NCBI GenBank assembly: GCA_963789395.1
Contig: CAWBKP010000015.1
Span: 32,001 to 96,000, forward strand
Length of the DNA stretch: 64,000 nt
Direction of reading: 5' to 3'
Origin: an uncultured delta proteobacterium
Lineage (GTDB): Bacteria > Desulfobacterota > Desulfobacteria > Desulfobacterales > Desulfatirhabdiaceae
The notes beneath the pieces are model-generated. The model did not search any database. It saw only the letters and a list, made by a program, of their open reading frames with translations, and was not told the DNA's origin. Positions 41,159-50,368 of this stretch are shown here, piece by piece. Position 1 is the stretch's first letter, and each line of letters starts with the position of its first letter. The position numbers were made by a program, and so were the translations under genes.

Positions 41159-42307
41159 ATGGCAAGACGCGTGGGAATCTGCGCTGTTGCGCAAACCCCT
41201 TATAAACGGGACAACCGGGAGCAACGCTTTCAGGGCATGGCGCTGGATGTGCTTGAATCACTGCTGAGTCAGACAGGCCTGGATTTTTCGGAAAAAGGCG
41301 GCATCGGCATGAGCATCAGCGTATCGGATGACATTTTTGACGCGCGGACCATTTCGGACAACGCCATGACGGATGTGCTGGGCGCCCATTTCGGCTGCGA
41401 AGAGAAAGTGGCTCAGGAAGGCGCTCAGGCCATATATTACGGACTTGCAGCCATTCAATCCGGGCATGTGGATATCGTGCTGGTCCTGGGGCACTGCAAA
41501 GAGTCCCAGGCTTCCAGCCGAAACCAGATCACCCACCTGGCCTTTGATCCGTTTTATACCCGTCCGGTCGGTCTCGATTTTCTGGCTGCCGCCGGACTTC
41601 AGGCAAGGGCCTACTGCGAAAAATCCGGAATCACCGATGCGGCTCTGGCAGAAATTGTGGTCCGGTCCAGAACACAGGCGGCAAGAAACCTTTACACGCC
41701 TGAAGTTGCAGCCCTCACCCTGAACGACGTCCTGAACTCTCCCTTTCTGGCCGACCCCATCCGCCAGCTTCATGCTTACCCGGTTTCAGATGGCGCCATA
41801 GGCATGATTCTTGCCGCGGAAGACCGCGCCAGAGAGATTACCGATACCCCGGTATGGATTACCGGCGTCGGCAACTGCATGGACAGTTTCTTTCTGGGAG
41901 ACAGAGACCTGACCTCAAATTTTGCTCTGAAAACGGCATCCGTTCGCGCTTTTCAAAGAGCAGGCATAACCGACCCCAAAACCGCCTTTGACGTGATCGA
42001 GGTATCCGATCCCTATGCCTATCAGCTTCCGATGTGGATGGAAGGGCTGGGTATCTGCGATGAAGGCACAGGCGGCAGATGGCTGGAAAGCGGCGGCCCG
42101 GATCGGCTTCATGTCAATCTTTCCGGCGGAACCCTGGCAGGCAATCCGCTCATTCTCGGCGGCCTGGTCCGCGCAGCTGAAATCGCGCTTCAATTAAAGG
42201 GTCAGGCAGGTGCGCACCAGGTTTCAACCGCCCGAAAAGGACTCGGCCATGGCGTGATGGGACCGGCAGGTCAGTTTCATACCATTGTCATTCTGGAACG
42301 GGATTAA
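41159..42307 (+). CDS. SCP-x-type thiolase-fold protein lacking the nucleophilic Cys (Ltp4-like)
   Basis: Thiolase fold (PVSDGAIGMIL, VNLSGGTL, QLKGQAGAHQV). The Cys loop reads EEKVAQEGAQA instead of a VxxxCxSG motif. Confidence 0.8.
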   Translation: MARRVGICAVAQTPYKRDNREQRFQGMALDVLESLLSQTGLDFSEKGGIGMSISVSDDIFDARTISDNAMTDVLGAHFGCEEKVAQEGAQAIYYGLAAIQSGHVDIVLVLGHCKESQASSRNQITHLAFDPFYTRPVGLDFLAAAGLQARAYCEKSGITDAALAEIVVRSRTQAARNLYTPEVAALTLNDVLNSPFLADPIRQLHAYPVSDGAIGMILAAEDRAREITDTPVWITGVGNCMDSFFLGDRDLTSNFALKTASVRAFQRAGITDPKTAFDVIEVSDPYAYQLPMWMEGLGICDEGTGGRWLESGGPDRLHVNLSGGTLAGNPLILGGLVRAAEIALQLKGQAGAHQVSTARKGLGHGVMGPAGQFHTIVILERD

Positions 42308-42321
42308 AGGGAGAAAAAGAC

Positions 42322-43503
42322 ATGAAAAAAAACCGAAACGTCGGCATCGTCGGTGTGGGACAAACCGCTTACTCCAGCCACAGGGAGGATGTGAACCAGC
42401 CGGAAATGATTCATGAGGCGGTTTCGGCAGCGCTCACTCAGACCGGCCTGACCATGAATGACATCGATTGCGTGGTTCACGGCAACATGGAACTCTTTGA
42501 AATGGTTCACCAGCCGGATCTATGGCATGTTCTGGGTACCGGCGCTTATGGGAAGGAAACGCTTCGCGTCACCACCGGCGGGACCACCGGAGCAACCCTG
42601 GTCTGCGCCGCCGATCATCTGGTGGCCTCGGGTTTTCATGACGTGGTGCTTGCAGTTGGTTTTGAAAAGCTTCAGGAAGGACATACCACCGGCGGCATCA
42701 CGAACATGGCCGATCCCCTCTGGGGCAGACAGCTTCAGACCGGGGCGCTGACCGGCATGACCGCAGCAAGCCTGATTGCGGAATTCGGGGAAGAGCGGGC
42801 AAAAAAAGCAGCCATGACCTACCGGATCCTCATGGACAAACACGCCATGAAAAATGACAAGGCGCACCGAAGGCTCGGACTTGAATTTGACCAGGCCGAG
42901 GATCTTGCAATAAATTCGCCGGCCCTGGTAGGCGAGCTTCGCATGATTCACATGTGTTCGCAAAGCGACGGGGCCTGCGCCATGATTTTCGCCTCCGAGG
43001 AAAAAGCCGCAAAGCTCTGCCCCCGGCCAGCCTGGATCAAGGATCATATTACGGTGCACCGGGAAGAACTGTTCGGCGTTTTCGGCAATGCGCCGGTTCT
43101 GAGCACCCACCGCTACGCCGCCCAAAAACTCTTTGAGCGAAACGCCATCACAGCGCCGCTGAAAGCCATCGACGTGTTTGAAATGTATGACCCGTCCAGC
43201 TGGTGGGGGGTGGACTGGCTTCGGGAATTTCTACTATTGGAAGGGGATGCCGTCATGCAGATGGTGGAAAATCGGGACATCGCCATAAACGGCGCTTTTC
43301 CGGTCAACCCGTCGGGCGGCGTCATTGCGTCAAACCCGATCGGTGCCACCGCCATGGTGCGCGTGGCCGAAGCCGCGCTTCAGATCATGGGAAAAGCCGG
43401 CGACCATCAGGTCCCGAAAACCGTGAATCAGGCAATGGCTTCGGGTTTTGGCGGCACCATGTGGACCGTCCTGTTTCTGCTGACCCGAGACATCCCCTGG
43501 TAA
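42322..43503 (+). CDS. SCP-x-type thiolase-fold protein lacking the nucleophilic Cys (Ltp3-like)
   Basis: RVTTGGTTGAT at the Cys loop, SDGACAMI, FEMYDP, VNPSGGVIASNPIGATAMVRVAEAALQIMGKAGDHQV. Confidence 0.82.
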   Translation: MKKNRNVGIVGVGQTAYSSHREDVNQPEMIHEAVSAALTQTGLTMNDIDCVVHGNMELFEMVHQPDLWHVLGTGAYGKETLRVTTGGTTGATLVCAADHLVASGFHDVVLAVGFEKLQEGHTTGGITNMADPLWGRQLQTGALTGMTAASLIAEFGEERAKKAAMTYRILMDKHAMKNDKAHRRLGLEFDQAEDLAINSPALVGELRMIHMCSQSDGACAMIFASEEKAAKLCPRPAWIKDHITVHREELFGVFGNAPVLSTHRYAAQKLFERNAITAPLKAIDVFEMYDPSSWWGVDWLREFLLLEGDAVMQMVENRDIAINGAFPVNPSGGVIASNPIGATAMVRVAEAALQIMGKAGDHQVPKTVNQAMASGFGGTMWTVLFLLTRDIPW

Positions 43504-43630
43504 ACAGCAAATGAAAACCGGAAGTCAGGAAAATCGGATACGCTGAAATCAGTATAACTTCTGATCTGCTGAGCTTTCCAGCTTTTTTTCTAAGCGCACT
43601 GACAATTTTCACATTATAAAGGGAGGCCCC

Positions 43631-45970
43631 ATGAACCTGGGAACGTATCTTGACGCTGCTGTCAGCCGCTACAAAAGCGCGGCCTATCTCCAGTTCTACG
43701 ATGAGACGATTTCCTACGAAGCCTTTGGAAACCAGGTCAACAAGCTGGCAAACAGCCTGAAGTCTCTGGGATTTCAAAAAGGAGATTTTATCCATGTCCT
43801 GGTTCAGAACAGCCCCGGCACCCTGATCGCCTATTTCGCCATTCAGAAAATCGGGGCCGTTGCCGGCCCTGTCAACGGCTGGTGGAAAGCCCCTGAAATC
43901 GAATACCTGTTGAACGACTCCAGGGGAAAAGGGCTGATCATAGAAGATCAGTTCGTTCCGATACTGAATGAAATCCGCGACCGATGCCCGCACCTTGAAA
44001 CCGTCATTGAAGTCGGCGCCTCTCCGCATCCCGATCACATTTCATTTCAGAAATTACTCCAGACCGGCGATGCGTCACCGATACGCTGCCCCTGCGGCGA
44101 TGAGGACATTGCCTATATTTTCTATACTTCCGGAACCACCGGAAACCCCAAAGGCGTGCTGCTGTCCCACAAAAATGTGCTGGCGGATGTTGACGGCGTC
44201 ACCCAGGCCCTTGGGCTCGAAGAACGCCAGACTGTTCTTTGTTTTCTTCCCCTGTTTCACGTCAATGCCATGCTCACCTGCACATTCAGTCTGGGCATCG
44301 GCCTGACCCTTGTCCTTCGGAAAACCTTCAGCGCCAGCGAATTCTGGGAAGTGGTGGATCGGTACAAGGTTAATTTCTGGTCCGCGGTGCCGGCGGTTTA
44401 TCAGATTCTGCTGACGGATCCCAGCCGTCAGAAATATGATTTAAGCTCACTGAAGTTCGGGATTTGCGGCGCGGCCCCGCTCACCCCGGAAACATTTAAC
44501 CGCTTTCAGGAAGTCTTCAATATCCCGATTGTTGAAGGATACGGTCTCACCGAGGCAACCTGCGCTTCAACCCTGAACCCCAGAGACGGTCTCCGAAAAG
44601 TCGGCTCCATCGGGCTGGCCCTTCCGGGTCAGACCGTTAAAATCATTGATGACGCCGGAAGCGAATGTGCCCCCCGCCAGACCGGCGAGATCGTTATCGG
44701 CGGCGATGCGGTCATGAAAGGCTATTACAACCGGCCCCGGGAGACCGAGGAGACAATCGTCAACGGATTTCTGCATACCGGAGATGTGGGCTACAAGGAC
44801 GAAGACGGCTATATTTTTATTGTGGACCGGATCAAGGACATGGTGATCCGCGGCGGTGAAAATATTTACCCCAAGGAAATCGACAATCTGCTGGCCACCC
44901 ATCCCAAGATTCAGGAGGCCGCCGCCATCGGGGTTCCGGATGCAATTCTGGGTGAGGAAATCAAGGTTTATGTAATACCGCTGGATGAGAGCCTGAACGA
45001 AGAGGAAGTCATGGATTTCTGCCGCAAGAATCTGGCCGGTTTTAAGGTTCCCAAATATGTTGAAATCCTGGACCAGGACCTGCCCCGAAGCCCGATCGGA
45101 AAAGTGCTGAAAAAAGATCTTCGCAAATGGGGACTTTTGCCCAGAACCAAGAAAAGTTCCGGTCCGGAAGTGACCGTTGCCGATATTTTCGGAACCATGG
45201 AATCCCGTGTCAATCCTGAGAGCGTCAAGGACATCACTGCCAATTACGGCTATGTCATCACCGGTTCAGGGGGCGGCAACTGGACTGTTTCCGTCAAGGA
45301 CGGCATTGTCAAGGTCCTGGAAGGCCTTCATGACCCGCAGGTCACCACCACTATCTCCGCAAGGGACTGGATCGATATTACCCTGGGAAAACTGGATGGC
45401 ATGACAGCCTTTACATCCGGCCGCCTCAAGGTCGAAGGTGACCTGGGCCTTCTCACCAAAGCCACCCGTTTCTTCAAAAAATACATGCCGGCCGGAAAAC
45501 TGGAAGAAAAGCCGGAAGAACTGATTGTCCTCAAGCAGGTCCTATCCATTTCTCAGCGGTTTGCTACCGGCCCTGTCATGGGGAAATTCCTGAATGCCCT
45601 GAAAGAAAAAAAGATTCTGGCCAATAAATGCCCCAAATGCAGCAGGCTTCAGCTCCCCCCCCGGGAAATCTGCGCCGAATGCCATGTGCGGGTAACCGAT
45701 TGGGTCGAAGTTGGGCCTGAAGGCGTCATTGCCACACCGGACATCACTTATTATGCCAGCCCCGACCCCCTGACCGGCGAAAGCCGGGAAACCCCTTATA
45801 TTACCGCGCACTTTCTTCTGGACGGCTGCAAGGGCCACGAAACGCTCTGGCACGAGGTAAAAGCCACGGACATCGACCGGGCCAAAAGAGGTGCACGGGT
45901 ACGGCCCGTCTGGAATGACAAACGCACCGGAACCGTGAATGACATTCTTTATTTTGAGATTATCGATTAA
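43631..45970 (+). CDS. Fusion of long-chain acyl-CoA ligase, SCP2 lipid/sterol-binding domain and DUF35 (Zn-ribbon/OB)
   Basis: YTSGTTGNPKG, EGYGLTE, TGDVG, DRIKD, PIGKVLK; then GSGGGNWTV...DGMTAFTSGRLKVEGDL (SCP2); then CPKC...PPREICAEC...GARVRPVW (DUF35). One uninterrupted 779-aa frame with a GGGAGG RBS. Confidence 0.9.
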   Translation: MNLGTYLDAAVSRYKSAAYLQFYDETISYEAFGNQVNKLANSLKSLGFQKGDFIHVLVQNSPGTLIAYFAIQKIGAVAGPVNGWWKAPEIEYLLNDSRGKGLIIEDQFVPILNEIRDRCPHLETVIEVGASPHPDHISFQKLLQTGDASPIRCPCGDEDIAYIFYTSGTTGNPKGVLLSHKNVLADVDGVTQALGLEERQTVLCFLPLFHVNAMLTCTFSLGIGLTLVLRKTFSASEFWEVVDRYKVNFWSAVPAVYQILLTDPSRQKYDLSSLKFGICGAAPLTPETFNRFQEVFNIPIVEGYGLTEATCASTLNPRDGLRKVGSIGLALPGQTVKIIDDAGSECAPRQTGEIVIGGDAVMKGYYNRPRETEETIVNGFLHTGDVGYKDEDGYIFIVDRIKDMVIRGGENIYPKEIDNLLATHPKIQEAAAIGVPDAILGEEIKVYVIPLDESLNEEEVMDFCRKNLAGFKVPKYVEILDQDLPRSPIGKVLKKDLRKWGLLPRTKKSSGPEVTVADIFGTMESRVNPESVKDITANYGYVITGSGGGNWTVSVKDGIVKVLEGLHDPQVTTTISARDWIDITLGKLDGMTAFTSGRLKVEGDLGLLTKATRFFKKYMPAGKLEEKPEELIVLKQVLSISQRFATGPVMGKFLNALKEKKILANKCPKCSRLQLPPREICAECHVRVTDWVEVGPEGVIATPDITYYASPDPLTGESRETPYITAHFLLDGCKGHETLWHEVKATDIDRAKRGARVRPVWNDKRTGTVNDILYFEIID

Positions 45971-45979
45971 GGAGAGCGC

Positions 45980-46885
45980 ATGCAATCAGACTGCTTTGTC
46001 GTAGAAGGCAAACTGGCCCTTCCCTATCAGTATTTTGCCGGAAAAACCGGAAGCCTGTTTCTGATCGCCCTGCGGGATGAAAAAAAAATCCTGGGCCTCA
46101 AATGCCCCACCTGTAATAAAGTGTTCGTTCCGCCCCGCTCGAGCTGTGAAAAATGTTTTTCCGAACTGGCTGATAACTGGGTGGCGCTTAACCCTACCGG
46201 GTCCGTCACCAATTTTACGGTGATCCGCTATGAAGAACCGTATCAGCCCGTAAAACCGCCGTACATTCTGGCGCAGATCCGGCTTGACGGTGCAGACACC
46301 CCCCTGACCCATATCGTTAAGGGCATCCCCATAAGCCAGATGAAAACCGGCCTCAAGGTCAAGGCCGTGTTCGCAAAAAAAACCACGTCTACCCTCATGG
46401 ACATCTCCCACTTCCTGCCCGATGAGAAATTCAATATTGAGATCGGCTATACTTATGATGAGCTGGAAATCGGCATGTCCGCCGCGTTCACCAAGACCAT
46501 TTCCGAAACCGATGTTTACCTGTTCGCCGGGATATCAGGAGATTTCAATCCCATTCACCTGAACGAGGAATTTGCAAAAAAAACACCATTCGGCACACGA
46601 ATCGCCCACGGCGCCCTTCCCCAATGCCTGATTGCACCGGTACTGGGCATGAAACTGCCCGGACTTGGCACTGTTGCCCTTGAAATCAATACCCGGTTCA
46701 GAGCCCCGACGTATTTTGGCGACACCATAACTGCAACCGGGGAAATTATTGAAAAAATCGAAAAAAAACGATGGGTGCGCATGGCCCTGACCTGGACCAA
46801 CCAGAAAGGAGCGCTCGTGGCAGAAGGCACTGCCCTGGTCATTCCGCCTGCCCCTTTTTCCACAGCCGATCAGGATGCACCATGA
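45980..46885 (+). CDS. Fusion of DUF35 (Zn-ribbon/OB) and MaoC-like (R)-enoyl-CoA hydratase
   Basis: CPTC...PPRSSCEKC...RLDGADT...GLKVKAVF; then FAGISGDFNPIHLN..FA..TPFGTRIAHG with the catalytic D-x4-H, and FRAPTYFGDT. Confidence 0.9.
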   Translation: MQSDCFVVEGKLALPYQYFAGKTGSLFLIALRDEKKILGLKCPTCNKVFVPPRSSCEKCFSELADNWVALNPTGSVTNFTVIRYEEPYQPVKPPYILAQIRLDGADTPLTHIVKGIPISQMKTGLKVKAVFAKKTTSTLMDISHFLPDEKFNIEIGYTYDELEIGMSAAFTKTISETDVYLFAGISGDFNPIHLNEEFAKKTPFGTRIAHGALPQCLIAPVLGMKLPGLGTVALEINTRFRAPTYFGDTITATGEIIEKIEKKRWVRMALTWTNQKGALVAEGTALVIPPAPFSTADQDAP

Positions 46886-47179
46886 CAGATGCATTCAAGA
46901 ATCAATCCGGATTTCGGGATTAGTGTGGCAAATCGCATCGGATGCGGGATTCCGGAAGCATGGATCAAGCAGCCTGAAAAAATGCTGTACAGGATACCAA
47001 ACAAGCTGTATTTTATGAAGGAGAGAGATAATGTGCCGCATACTCCCTGCTTTCGGTCCTTCCTGGAACCTTGAGCAGAAATTTTGGTCAGGATGAAGGC
47101 GGTTTCAATTTGTGGCAGTGCGGCCATGGGCATGCCGCTGCCCTTGGCCAATTATTGATTGAAAATCACGAGACGACTA

Positions 47180-47617
47180 ATGATGAGCGAAGAAACACAT
47201 GATTTCTGGCAGAGCCATTCCCTGAAATATCTTGAGATGGCTTTTCGAACCGACCGGTGCGAGATCCTTGCCGCTCCGGACGGGTATGGAAAAAAAACAG
47301 GAGACTGCGGGGATACAACCGAAATTTTTCTTAAAACCCGTGGAGATATCATTGAAACCGTATCGTTTCATACCACGGGTTGTATGAATACGACTGCCTG
47401 CGCCAATACGGTTGCCTTTCTTGCGGAGGGAAAAACGATTGGCGATGCCTGGGAAATCGTCCCCGAGGCTGTCGCCGAATACCTGGAAACGCTTCCTGAA
47501 GATCACTTTCATTGTGCGGAACTGGCTGTCGGAGCCCTGTATCTGGCCCTTTCCAATTATAACGAGCTCAAGCGCTCTCCCTGGAAAAAGTCATACCAAA
47601 CCCGCTCAAAAAGTTGA
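47180..47617 (+). CDS. NifU/IscU N-terminal-domain Fe-S scaffold-like protein
   Basis: Three Cys motifs: DCGD, GCMNT, HCAELA. Confidence 0.85.
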   Translation: MMSEETHDFWQSHSLKYLEMAFRTDRCEILAAPDGYGKKTGDCGDTTEIFLKTRGDIIETVSFHTTGCMNTTACANTVAFLAEGKTIGDAWEIVPEAVAEYLETLPEDHFHCAELAVGALYLALSNYNELKRSPWKKSYQTRSKS

Positions 47618-47794
47618 CTTATTTTCACATCCATTCATATTAGTCCTTGATTTTAATCACAACAATCGCTATCAGTCGGTAAGGGGTTTTGCCGCCAGAG
47701 GGCGATAAAACAGCCATAACGGCTAAAATCCGATTTTTTTAGATATGCCCCCAACAGGGCAGGATATTGTGAAGGATATTATTAGGAGGCTGAC

Positions 47795-48862
47795 ATGCAA
47801 CTGAGCATCACCAAAGCAGACCGTTTAAAGGCAAAGCCTGAAGTTTCCAATCCACTGGCATTTGGAACCATTTTCACGGATCACATGTTCAACATGGATT
47901 ACAATCCGGACAAGGGATGGCACAATCCCCGGATTGAGCCCTATTCGCCGATTCAAATGGATCCGGCCACCATGGTGCTCCATTACGGCCAGGCAGTTTT
48001 CGAGGGACTCAAGGCTTACCGAACCGGCTCAGGCGCCATTCAGCTTTTCAGGCCCAAAGATAACTACAAACGGCTTAACCGCTCATCCCATCTGCTGTGC
48101 ATTCCGCAAATCGACGAGGCTTTTGGCGTAGACGCATTAAAAGAGTTGATCCGGCTGGAAAAAGACTGGGTTCCCGGCGCGCCCGGCACGTCTTTGTACA
48201 TCCGGCCCACGATCGTCGCTACGGACCCGTTTCTGGGCGTAAGGGCATCTTATACCTACCGGTTTTTTGTCATTCTGTCGCCGGTCGGCGCGTATTATTC
48301 CGCAGGATTCAACCCCGTCAAGATATGGGTCACCCGAAATCATGTCCGGGCGGTGCGCGGCGGCGTCGGGGAAGCCAAAACACCGGGCAATTATGCGGCC
48401 AGTCTGTTCGCAGCGGATGTCGCTCACAAAAAAGGCTATACGCAGGTGCTGTGGCTGGATGGGGTGGAGCAGAAATACATTGAAGAAGTCGGCGCCATGA
48501 ACATCTTTTTTGTGATAGATGGCGAGATCATCACGCCGGCGCTTAACGGCAGCATCCTGCCGGGCATTACCCGGAATTCTGTTCTGGCGCTGTCCAAATC
48601 CTGGGGACTCAAAACAACCGAGCGTCAGATCAGCATCGACGAAGTGATGGACGCCCATGCTTCCGGGAAATTGCAGGAGATTTTCGGTTCCGGAACTGCC
48701 GCCGTCATCTCACCCGTAGGCGAACTCAAATACGGCGAGCAGATCATATCCATCGGAGACGGAACGGTCGGGCAGATCGCAAGCAGGCTGTATACGGCCA
48801 TGACCGATATCCAGTACGGAAAAGCCCCGGATACCATGGGGTGGATAGAAGGAGTCTGCTGA
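47795..48862 (+). CDS. ilvE: Branched-chain amino acid aminotransferase
   Basis: LHYGQAVFEGLKAY, LYIRP, AKTPGNYA, EEVGAMN, ILPGITR, GTAAVISP. Confidence 0.96.
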   Translation: MQLSITKADRLKAKPEVSNPLAFGTIFTDHMFNMDYNPDKGWHNPRIEPYSPIQMDPATMVLHYGQAVFEGLKAYRTGSGAIQLFRPKDNYKRLNRSSHLLCIPQIDEAFGVDALKELIRLEKDWVPGAPGTSLYIRPTIVATDPFLGVRASYTYRFFVILSPVGAYYSAGFNPVKIWVTRNHVRAVRGGVGEAKTPGNYAASLFAADVAHKKGYTQVLWLDGVEQKYIEEVGAMNIFFVIDGEIITPALNGSILPGITRNSVLALSKSWGLKTTERQISIDEVMDAHASGKLQEIFGSGTAAVISPVGELKYGEQIISIGDGTVGQIASRLYTAMTDIQYGKAPDTMGWIEGVC

Positions 48863-48867
48863 CAGCT

Positions 48868-48910
48868 GACGGACGGCGGAGATAATGAATCGTCTCCGCC
48901 GTCCGTCTTT
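48868..48910 (+). terminator. Strong hairpin after ilvE
   Basis: Perfect 15-bp stem GACGGACGGCGGAGA / TCTCCGCCGTCCGTC with a 10-nt loop, followed by only TTT. Confidence 0.6.
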
Positions 48911-48943
48911 CGTTATTCCTGGATCAGAGGAGCGTTCACTACC

Positions 48944-50329
48944 ATGGCTGTTGATGCCGGACATCTTCCCGAGTTTATCTTAAAAATGAAATCAGCCGGG
49001 CTTCAGCCCGTTGTCATAGACACCTTTGCCTGGTACTACGAAAAAGTATTGACCGGTGACAAGGGCTTGATATTCAACAAGGATATTCTACCGGTTGAAT
49101 CCCATGAAATCGCCGATGCCGCGCAGTTTGATTCTTTTGCCAATGCCGGCAAAAAAGCCCTGCCGCATGCAGTCATGATTGTTCTGAACGGCGGACTGGG
49201 AACCAGCATGGGCCTTACCTGCGCCAAATCCCTGCTGGAAGCCCGAGACGGGAAATCTTTCCTGGAAATCATTCTGCATCAGGCTGAAAGCCGTGGCGTC
49301 CGTCTGGCGTTCATGAACAGCTTCAATACCCATGAGGATACGCAGGCAACCTTGAAACTGCTCAGCCCCAGACAGTTTCCGCTGCTATTTGTCCAGAACA
49401 AATTTCCCAAGATCCTTCAGAGCGATTTTTCACCCGCCATCTGGCCCCAAAAACCGGAAATGGAATGGAATCCGCCAGGTCATGGGGATATTTATGCCGC
49501 GCTTTACACTTCCGGTGTACTGGGCCAATTGCTGAAAAAAGGGGTTCGATATGCCTTCATCGCCAATTCGGACAATCTCGGGGCCACACTGGACGAAACC
49601 CTGCTGGGATATTTTTCCGAAAAAGCGCTCCCGTTCATGATGGAAGTGTCGCTGCGGACCCCTGCGGATTTTAAAGGCGGACATCTGGCGTTTCACCGGG
49701 ACGGCAGACTTATCCTGCGGGAAGTCGCCCAGTGCCCGGAGGATGAACTGGATATCTGCCAAGATATTTCCCGCTATCGGTATTTTAATACCAACAACAT
49801 CTGGGTCGACCTGGAATATGTCAAAAAAATGATCGATACCCAGGGTAATGTCCGCCTGCCCATGATCCTGAATCCAAAGACCCTGAACCCCCGTGATAAC
49901 GCCAGTCCCGCCGTCTACCAGATCGAAACAGCCATGGGATCGGCCATCTCGCTTTTTGAAGGCGCAGCCGCGGTCGTTGTCCCCAGATCCCGGTTTTATC
50001 CGGTAAAAAAATGCAACGAACTGCTTGCCATCCGGTCGGATTGCTTCACCTATTCCGACGCCTGCGGTTTAGTAGTGAATCCGGAGCGCCGGCTGAATCA
50101 GATACACATTGATCTGGACCCCGAATACTACGGCAAGATCGATGAATTCGGAAAACGGTTTCCTTATGGCCCACCGTCTCTGTTGAACTGCGAATCACTG
50201 ACTGTAAAAGGAAATGTGTTTTTTGGAAATCACATCGCGTTGAAAGGAAATGTCGTCATTCAACACGCCGGCAGCAAGCCGGTCACAGTTCCCGATGAAA
50301 GTGTCATCGAAGGCGCAATATCCCTATAG
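48944..50329 (+). CDS. UTP--glucose-1-phosphate uridylyltransferase, UDPGP (eukaryote-like/UgpA) family
   Basis: LNGGLGTSMG, MNSFNT, WNPPGHGDIY, NSDNLGA, FNTNN, ETAMG, RFYPVK, C-terminal beta-helix. Confidence 0.92.
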   Translation: MAVDAGHLPEFILKMKSAGLQPVVIDTFAWYYEKVLTGDKGLIFNKDILPVESHEIADAAQFDSFANAGKKALPHAVMIVLNGGLGTSMGLTCAKSLLEARDGKSFLEIILHQAESRGVRLAFMNSFNTHEDTQATLKLLSPRQFPLLFVQNKFPKILQSDFSPAIWPQKPEMEWNPPGHGDIYAALYTSGVLGQLLKKGVRYAFIANSDNLGATLDETLLGYFSEKALPFMMEVSLRTPADFKGGHLAFHRDGRLILREVAQCPEDELDICQDISRYRYFNTNNIWVDLEYVKKMIDTQGNVRLPMILNPKTLNPRDNASPAVYQIETAMGSAISLFEGAAAVVVPRSRFYPVKKCNELLAIRSDCFTYSDACGLVVNPERRLNQIHIDLDPEYYGKIDEFGKRFPYGPPSLLNCESLTVKGNVFFGNHIALKGNVVIQHAGSKPVTVPDESVIEGAISL

Positions 50330-50368
50330 TCCAAAATTGTCTGCACTGAAATTCAGAAGGAAATCATC

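Noticed and set aside
46870..47151. Short ORFs on both strands after the DUF35-MaoC gene
   Set aside because: No motifs and no convincing RBS; I cannot support either as a gene.
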